Shown piece after piece: positions 58,026 to 64,000 of a DNA stretch of 64,000 nt. The notes under the pieces were generated by a model, which saw only the letters and a list, made by a program, of their open reading frames with translations, was not told the DNA's origin and searched no databases. Source of the stretch: Alkalispirochaeta sp. (GTDB lineage: Bacteria > Spirochaetota > Spirochaetia > DSM-27196 > Alkalispirochaetaceae); NCBI GenBank assembly GCA_965242725.1, contig CBDESZ010000027.1, positions 47,223-111,222 of the forward strand, read 5' to 3'. A program made the translations under genes and the position numbers. Every line of letters begins with the position of its first letter. Position 1 is the first letter of the stretch.

Positions 58026-58487
58026 TCACCGGTGAAACTCTCCCACTCCGGGCCGAAGGCGAGCGTTGCCCCGGCAACCCAGGCGGTCAGAAAGTCGTGG
58101 GGATCTACCCTTTCCTGTTCCGTCAGATGCAACTCCCCCCCCCGTCTCCAAAAGGTCGCCGGACAGGAACCATTGCGCCTTCTTGCCCTCCTGCCCGTTC
58201 TGAACGCTCATGCGATGTGCCTCAAGAAGTGTCAAATCGATGCGGGCAATGACGTTGTTCTCCGATGGATTGTGTTCAAATTCGATTTCCGCCTCATATC
58301 GGTCCATCCCGCCGCGATTTTCCCATTCCAACCTTCCCGTCCACGAGCTTGAGAATATCTCCTGTATCTCCGGACGTGTGTAGTCCACCGGAGAAGCCGC
58401 GCTGCGTGGATTCGTTGAAGCGCAACCGATCAGGAATAAAGCCCCAAGGGCAACATAAAGAGGATAGGACACATACACTTTTTTCAT
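58026..58487 (-). CDS. hypothetical lipoprotein (153 aa)
   Basis: Signal peptide with lipobox FLIGCAS and the RBS GGGGAGAG upstream. No family recognised. Confidence 0.5.
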   Translation of the reverse strand: MKKVYVSYPLYVALGALFLIGCASTNPRSAASPVDYTRPEIQEIFSSSWTGRLEWENRGGMDRYEAEIEFEHNPSENNVIARIDLTLLEAHRMSVQNGQEGKKAQWFLSGDLLETGGGVASDGTGKGRSPRLSDRLGCRGNARLRPGVGEFHR

Positions 58488-58525
58488 TTTTCAACTCTCC
58501 CCGCCGAAACGGTGATCTTTTTTCT

Positions 58526-58554
58526 ATCCTAGTGTATGTTCCTTTATTTTTCAA
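58526..58554 (-). promoter_or_regulatory. candidate sigma70-type promoter for the 58487 lipoprotein gene
   Basis: In the AT-rich spacer on the minus strand: TTGAAA (58554-58549), 17 nt, then TAGGAT (58531-58526). Pattern match only. Confidence 0.25.
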
Positions 58555-58575
58555 ATTTTATATCCAATATTATTA

Positions 58576-59595
58576 CTATACCGTTACCGGCAGGAGCAGC
58601 TCCGCTATTTGAACGGCGTTGAGGGCGGCACCCTTCCGCAGCTGGTCACCGGTGAGCCAAATGTCGTATCGATACTCGCTGCCGTGGTCACGACGTATGC
58701 GACCGACAAGTACGTCGTCGTTGTTTGCGGCGGAAACGGGTGTCGGCCCGAGTCCCCGGGCATCCCACCCGTTGTTGCCGTATACCGCGACTCCCGGGGC
58801 CTCTCCAAGCAGTCGGTACAACTCCTCTACCGGGGGTGATGATTCCAGCTCGATGTTGACGACCTCCGCATGGGAGCGCATGACCGGCACCCTTACGGCG
58901 TGGACGTTTACGGCGAGGTCCGGTTCATCCAGTATCTTGCGGAGCTCATTTATTATTTTCCATTCTTCTGAAACGTAACCGTTTTCCATGAGTTCCGTAT
59001 TGTGGACAAAACAGTTGAATGCGTACTGGTAGGGAATCACCGAATTTGTGTACCGACGCCCCTGCAGCACCGCTTCCGTCTCTTCCTGAAGCTCCGTCAT
59101 CGCACGGCTTCCCGCGCCGCTGGCAGCCTGATAGGTGGCGATGAAGAGTCGCTTGATCGTGTAGGCCCGATGGAGCGGACCGAGAACGGTGGCGAGTATT
59201 GCGGCGTTGCAGTTCGGGTTGGCAATGACGTTTGAATGACGAGCAAGGGAATGGGAATTGACCTCCGGAACGACCAGAGGCACTTCCCGCTCCAGTCGAA
59301 ACTGGGAGGAGTTGTCTATAAGTATCGCACCGGAGTCTGCGACTTCCCTGGCGATCTGGGCGGTCACAAAACTTCCCGCAGAGGCGAGGACGAAATGGAC
59401 GTCCCGAAAAACACCCTCGTGGAGAGGTATGACATCGAGCTCCCGTCCCTTAAAGGGTATCGTCGCGCCCCGGCTCCGTTCAGATGCGATGGGAATGAGC
59501 TGCTCCACGGGAAAATCACGCTCTTCCAGAATGGAAATGATCTCCCGCCCTACTGCGCCGGTTGCTCCGACGACTGCTACACGATAACCCGGCAT
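58576..59595 (-). CDS. asd: aspartate-semialdehyde dehydrogenase
   Basis: VAVVGATGAVG (NADP site) and ANPNCNAA (active-site Cys). The ATG at 59595 is preceded by GGAGGAGGT. The track start at 59646 is an upstream extension. Confidence 0.9.
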   Translation of the reverse strand: MPGYRVAVVGATGAVGREIISILEERDFPVEQLIPIASERSRGATIPFKGRELDVIPLHEGVFRDVHFVLASAGSFVTAQIAREVADSGAILIDNSSQFRLEREVPLVVPEVNSHSLARHSNVIANPNCNAAILATVLGPLHRAYTIKRLFIATYQAASGAGSRAMTELQEETEAVLQGRRYTNSVIPYQYAFNCFVHNTELMENGYVSEEWKIINELRKILDEPDLAVNVHAVRVPVMRSHAEVVNIELESSPPVEELYRLLGEAPGVAVYGNNGWDARGLGPTPVSAANNDDVLVGRIRRDHGSEYRYDIWLTGDQLRKGAALNAVQIAELLLPVTV

Positions 59596-59662
59596 GTAAT
59601 ACCTCCTCCGTCTGCCCCCTCCGGAGATCATTGCCGACGGCAACACAATCCGGCGTTAGGGC

Positions 59663-59690
59663 AAAAAAAAACCCCGCATCTGCGGGGTTT
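59663..59690 (-). terminator. rho-independent terminator (minus strand)
   Basis: On the minus strand, stem CCCCGC / GCGGGG (59672-59677 / 59682-59687) with a 4-nt loop, followed by T9 (A9 on the plus strand at 59663-59671). Confidence 0.75.
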
Positions 59691-59715
59691 CAAAATCATA
59701 GTCAGGTGGACAGCT

Positions 59716-59749
59716 AAAAAACGGCCGTCCCGCACTGCTCACCGGCCGT
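59716..59749 (-). terminator. second, upstream minus-strand terminator-like hairpin
   Basis: On the minus strand, stem ACGGCCG / CGGCCGT (59743-59749 / 59721-59727) with a 15-nt loop, followed by T6 (A6 on the plus strand at 59716-59721). Confidence 0.45.
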
Positions 59750-59929
59750 AGTATCCCCTGTGGTCTTTTTCGTCGTCGTGATGGTTTTCTTGCCGATTGT
59801 GGGCGTTGACGAGGTGAACAGGATATAAGGCGTTCGTACAGCGAACATTACACACATGGTCATCAATTTGTTCCCGTTCCGTCAAGTGGTACAGGACATA
59901 TTCCTGATTTTTTTTGGCTCCGGAAGGGA

Positions 59930-61276
59930 TTATTCATTCATTACCGCCTCGACGGGGTGTGATGCCGAAGGCGAAACCCCTCCTGATTCCCTCGAGAAGT
60001 ACATGACCAGCGGCGGTACCGGCGGGGATGTTACAAAAGGTGACTTCCGGTCAAACTCCGGCAACCAGACGAGTCGGATCCCGTCGTCCTGAAGATCGAC
60101 GAGAAATGCCGGTCCCTCCGGCGAGGGAAGATTGATGCCGCCGTCATAGCCTGTTGCCGTACCCGGCGCGGGAATGGGGGCGTAGAGAATCCGCCGGTGC
60201 TCCAATCCCGAGCCGATCCCGAGGGGTCTCAAGATGTTGCCGCCCTGCCAGGAGAGTGTTCCGCCGTCGTGAATCGTCAGTTCACCGTAGGTGTTGCTTC
60301 TGTACAGACCGGCATACCCTTCAAGGGCACTCGCAAAGTCCTTGCGTCTTTCATATATCCCCTGGAGCTCCCTCCAGGAGTAGCCTTCGACGGGGATGAA
60401 GTCGCCCCGTATGGAGACATCGTCCGTTTCAATAGTGAGTTCCACCGTTTCGGCGTCGCGTATCGTCAGTTCCACACCTTTATCAGGAAAAACCACCCGC
60501 GGATAGGATACGGCCGCCTCTTCAAGGGGAAGCTGCAGGGAAGTTTCGCCGGTCAATATGGTCAGTATCCCACCGGACAACCGAAACACTTCCAGGACGG
60601 CGGCGCCCCTTTCTACCGCCTCCGCCGCAGCCGTGCCCCACCAGATGTTTCCACCGACGACCGAATGAATGTCCTCAATGGCATCCGTCGAGATTTGGGC
60701 GATCGTACCGGTGCCGTCTCCCGTCGGTAAGGTGATTGACGGTGGAAGGCCCTGCAACAAGGGGGAAAAGACGAATCCTCTGTACGCCCCGTCCGCTACA
60801 ACCTCTAACCATACGCCCCTGCGTCCGCCTACTGTCGTTTCCGGTGTCGCAACGGATACGAGAGTGACCTCTTCGTGGAGACGCAACCGATACAGAACAT
60901 CCGAGGAGGTTGTCGGGCCGGTACGTACCCGCAGCGCGTTTACCGACGCCTGCGCCGTGCGGCCCAGGATGCCCTCCGATTCCCGGACAAACTCTTCCGC
61001 CGCTGCGCGGGTGTCAAAGAGGCGAATGACGCCTGCCGGTACGGCGTGACTTCCGGATTCCCCGTTGGTGACGACGGGGTATGTCCGTTCCCTCTGGTTC
61101 ACGGCTCCTACGGAAACGACCGTCCCCGCCTGGAGGGACATTTGGGGAATATCGGAGACGACCACTGCGGGCTGCAGTTCTTCCACGGAACACGCGGTAA
61201 TCGCCAGAATCAGGGCAATCGATACCGACCGTAAAACCGTCGCCGTGCCGCCCCGGACCTGGCCGTACCATTTCAT
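59930..61276 (-). CDS. hypothetical lipoprotein with a bacterial SH3-like domain
   Basis: The ATG at 61276 gives MKWYGQVRGGTATVLRSVSIALILAITAC (lipobox). An SH3b-like segment is present (ALRVRTGPTTSSDVLYRLRLHEEVTLV...GVWLEVVADGAYRGFVF). Confidence 0.55.
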   Translation of the reverse strand: MKWYGQVRGGTATVLRSVSIALILAITACSVEELQPAVVVSDIPQMSLQAGTVVSVGAVNQRERTYPVVTNGESGSHAVPAGVIRLFDTRAAAEEFVRESEGILGRTAQASVNALRVRTGPTTSSDVLYRLRLHEEVTLVSVATPETTVGGRRGVWLEVVADGAYRGFVFSPLLQGLPPSITLPTGDGTGTIAQISTDAIEDIHSVVGGNIWWGTAAAEAVERGAAVLEVFRLSGGILTILTGETSLQLPLEEAAVSYPRVVFPDKGVELTIRDAETVELTIETDDVSIRGDFIPVEGYSWRELQGIYERRKDFASALEGYAGLYRSNTYGELTIHDGGTLSWQGGNILRPLGIGSGLEHRRILYAPIPAPGTATGYDGGINLPSPEGPAFLVDLQDDGIRLVWLPEFDRKSPFVTSPPVPPLVMYFSRESGGVSPSASHPVEAVMNE

Positions 61277-61361
61277 CTGCCGACACGTCTTCTCCCCTCG
61301 TCTGTTCACCCTGTGATACCTCCCCACAGGCGGAGGCTCTCACATGAAGATTGCCGACACG

Positions 61362-61386
61362 TTACCGATTCGTTACAAATCGGTAA
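61362..61386. promoter_or_regulatory. perfect 9-bp inverted repeat (possible operator) in a divergent intergenic region
   Basis: TTACCGATT (61362-61370), 7 nt, AATCGGTAA (61378-61386). It ends 20 bp upstream of the AKR start codon at 61406. Confidence 0.35.
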
Positions 61387-61405
61387 TGAAGTGGTAAGGT
61401 GACAT

Positions 61406-62351
61406 ATGGAATATCGCAGGCTTGGAAATTCGGATCTGAAGATTTCCGTCGTCGGTCTGGGCACCTGGGCGATGGGAGGTGAATTTTACGGCCATGTCGA
61501 CGACGGTGAGTCAATTGACGCAATACGTACCGCCATCGACAGCGGCATAAATCTCATCGACACCGCACCGGCATATGGATCGGGTCATTCCGAGGAGATC
61601 GTCGGAAAGGCGATCGCCGGCCGCCGCGACGACGTTGTCATCGCAACCAAATGCGGAATACTGAAAAACAACGGTGGGATTACCAAAAACCTCAAACCCG
61701 ATTCCATCCGCACGGAGGTGGAAGCCTCCCTGCGGCGACTGCAGGTTGACGTCATTGACCTCTATCAGATGCACTGGCCGGACCCGACGACACCTGTCGA
61801 GGAATCGGCGGAAGAGCTCGAAAAGCTCCGCAAGGCGGGGAAAATACGCTATGTCGGTGTGTCCAATTTCTCGCCGAAACTCATGGAGCGTGTCCATCCC
61901 GTGACGGAACTGGTGAGCACCCAACCGCAATTTTCAATCCTCGATCGCCGTATCGAGGGTGACGTGATCCCCTATGTGACGGAACGAAACATAGGCGTTC
62001 TCAGTTACGGCACGCTGGGAGGCGGTATTCTGACGGGCAAATTCCGCGCGCCGCCGAAACTGTCCGGCGACGACAGGCGGGGCCATTTCTACGGTTTCTA
62101 CGACGCCGATTTCTGGCAACGAATACAGCCGATTCTTCGCGTCCTTGAAGAGACGGCCCGGGACCGGGACGTCCCGGTATCTCAGGTTGCAATCAACTGG
62201 TCCATACAACAGAGGGGCATCACGACGGCCCTCGTCGGCGCAAAACGGCCGGAACAGGCCCGGTCGAATGCAGCGGGCCGGGGGGTGGATGCTCTCCGAC
62301 GTTGAGCTTGAGCGTATCTCGACGACGATAGACGAGGTGTTCAACCGGTAA
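61406..62351 (+). pseudogene. aldo/keto reductase, C-terminal frameshift as assembled
   Basis: MEYRRLGNSDLKISVVGLGTWAMGG...DTAPAYGSGHSEE. The conserved AKR C-terminus (GWMLSDVELERISTTIDEVFNR*) is in the 62145-62351 ORF. The frames switch in a G6 run at 62280-62285. Confidence 0.8.
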
Positions 62352-62372
62352 TCGCCGGGCCGGCCCGCGGGG

Positions 62373-63317
62373 TTACAGCCCCCGCAGCAACGTCTCCAGG
62401 GCGTCTGCACTTTCGTAGAGGGCAACATTTCCCTCCGGCCAGGTATGGCCCTCTATGTTGTAACCGTCGTCGGCGAAGAGAACATTACCCGTAAGGTGAC
62501 GCTGGGGCACACACATGGCGAGGAGCGTCTCTGCAACTCCCTCGGGTGAGGCAAATTTCTTGGTTGGGGTGTGGGACAGGATGCTCTTCGCCCGCGGCAG
62601 CGCTTCACCCTCGTCGTTATAGAGCAGCGAGTGATTCAAGCCGGTGACGACGGTGCCCGGTGCGATTCCGTTGACCCGGACACCGTACGGCGCGAGCTGT
62701 GCCGCCGCCGTCCTGACAATTCCCTCAACGCCGTGCTTTGACGCGTTGTATGCGTAGCTGCCGTACAGGGCGGCGCGGCTGCCGTTGCTGCAGAGGTGAA
62801 TGATGTGTCCCTTCCGTCGGGGGACCATCGTCCGCGCCGCCGCGATGGTGAAGGCAAACGCACCGGCGAGATTTACCTCCGCCACCCGTCGAAAATCTTC
62901 CATGAGCGCATGTGGATCGTCCGATACGAGGTCAAACGGGCGGTGATGAACACCGGCAAAGTCCACCGCTATGTCGACGGCGCCGAAACGGGCGACGGCG
63001 GCGTCAAAGACGGCAATTGTATCTTCCACATCGGTAACGTCGGCGAGACAGAGCCGTGGTTTCCGGCCCTCTCCGCCGGTGCCGATGTCGGCCGCCACTG
63101 CCTGCAGCTTTTGCGCCGCCGGCGATGAGTCGATGTGCTCTCCGTCATCTCGGTCCGCCAGTACGAGATGTGCCCCCGCGGCGGAGGCCCCGACGGCAAA
63201 TACCGACGCAAGCGTACCGGCGGCTCCAAAGACGACGATCGTCTTGCCAGACAGGTCGACTCCGACATGAGGGGCACCGGATTCTGTCGATCCCTTCGAA
63301 TGTTCAATCTCCCGCAT
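62373..63317 (-). CDS. short-chain dehydrogenase/reductase (SDR)
   Basis: Cofactor motif VVFGAAGTLA and catalytic YAYNASKHG (YxxxK). Confidence 0.85.
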   Translation of the reverse strand: MREIEHSKGSTESGAPHVGVDLSGKTIVVFGAAGTLASVFAVGASAAGAHLVLADRDDGEHIDSSPAAQKLQAVAADIGTGGEGRKPRLCLADVTDVEDTIAVFDAAVARFGAVDIAVDFAGVHHRPFDLVSDDPHALMEDFRRVAEVNLAGAFAFTIAAARTMVPRRKGHIIHLCSNGSRAALYGSYAYNASKHGVEGIVRTAAAQLAPYGVRVNGIAPGTVVTGLNHSLLYNDEGEALPRAKSILSHTPTKKFASPEGVAETLLAMCVPQRHLTGNVLFADDGYNIEGHTWPEGNVALYESADALETLLRGL

Positions 63318-63325
63318 TCTGACTC

Positions 63326-64000
63326 CTAATGTACGCGAAAGGTATCCATCGCCTCGCCGGTTGGCGTCGTTCCGGCACCCGGCTGCCGGGGAAGGACAAA
63401 TGACCCCTCTTCCACCCGGGCCGCCTCTTCAAATGCGTGACCGATCCATGGGATATACTCAAGTATTGTGTGATGACCCAGGGCGAATGCGAGATGGACA
63501 TGCACCTGGCTCATCTCCCCGGCGTGACCGGCGACGGGCAATCCGGATTCCCGGGCGTAGTCGGCGGCCCTGAGAAAACCGCTGATACCACCGATTCGCG
63601 TCACATCAGGTTGCACGTAGTGAACCGCCCGGCGACGCATAAACTGGGCCATCTCCCGGGAGGTGTAGATCTGTTCACCCAGCGCGATGGGAAGATCCGT
63701 CGTTGCCGCGAGGGTCGCGTGGGATTCTATGTCGTCGTGCCATAACGGTTCCTCTATCCAGAGCAGATCCATATCACGAACCTGCCTGGCAAAGCGTTGC
63801 GCCTCAGGCAGGTCCCACCGCCCGTTGGCGTCGACCGCGACGATCGTCTCGGAACCTGCCACGTCGCGGACGCTCTCGACCCGGGCGATGTCGTCGCTGA
63901 GGCGCGGAGAACCGACCTTGATTTTTACCGCGGTGAATCCTTCATCGATAGCGCGTTTCACGTTTTCCTTCAGTTGCCGCCTGGAAAAGCTGAGCCAGCC
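63326..64000 (-). CDS. mandelate racemase/muconate lactonizing enzyme (enolase superfamily) protein, C-terminal part; N-terminus lies beyond the window
   Basis: FTAVKIKVG, VAVDANGRWD and LLWIEEPL carry the metal-ligand Asp/Glu contexts of the MR/MLE barrel. The frame stays open to base 64000. Confidence 0.8.
   Translation of the reverse strand, partial: GWLSFSRRQLKENVKRAIDEGFTAVKIKVGSPRLSDDIARVESVRDVAGSETIVAVDANGRWDLPEAQRFARQVRDMDLLWIEEPLWHDDIESHATLAATTDLPIALGEQIYTSREMAQFMRRRAVHYVQPDVTRIGGISGFLRAADYARESGLPVAGHAGEMSQVHVHLAFALGHHTILEYIPWIGHAFEEAARVEEGSFVLPRQPGAGTTPTGEAMDTFRVH

Noticed and set aside
59806-59829. TTGACG / TATAAG pair as a promoter for a putative sRNA.
   Set aside because: The spacer is only 12 nt, outside the 16-19 nt range for sigma70-type promoters.

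Overview
This is a gene-dense, visibly GC-rich bacterial chromosomal segment with about 60 protein genes, 7 tRNAs and one insertion sequence. Most of the content is housekeeping. I found no recognisable defence, CRISPR or prophage module, so I read this as a largely ordinary core region with a few oddities.

Main blocks:
(1) A nine-gene, translationally coupled minus-strand string, argJ-moxR-DUF58-hyp-batA-batB-batC-batD/E-smr (1.4-10.5 kb). This is a Bat/MoxR-VWA aerotolerance-type operon.
(2) SMUG1-type UDG, a secreted EEP nuclease/phosphatase, a second clpP, era, rpiA, class I lysyl-tRNA synthetase and rlpA.
(3) A trehalose module: a GH13 glucosidase convergent with a fused otsA-otsB. An IS element with about 21-bp terminal inverted repeats lies just upstream of otsAB.
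(4) AKR, PQQ sugar dehydrogenase, EamA, exonuclease, phosphoglucomutase, HAD phosphatase and an m5C methyltransferase.
(5) pcrA, a LON-N domain protein, coiled-coil protein(s) and a long rarA.
(6) A tRNA His-Arg-Lys-Leu-Gly cluster followed by tig-clpP-clpX-lon.
(7) Cyclophilin, MFS and an IMPase::ADP-ribosylglycohydrolase fusion.
(8) tRNA-Leu(TAA) followed by a partial duplicate of its own 3' end, then several lineage-specific surface proteins.
(9) sodC, GT4, a DHDPS-like gene, asd, AKR, SDR and an enolase-superfamily gene.

Class I LysRS together with the Bat operon suggests a free-living spirochaete-like organism. That is inference only.

The most consequential observation is technical or evolutionary. 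At least six, probably seven, conserved genes are broken by single-base frame changes, nearly all inside short homopolymer runs.
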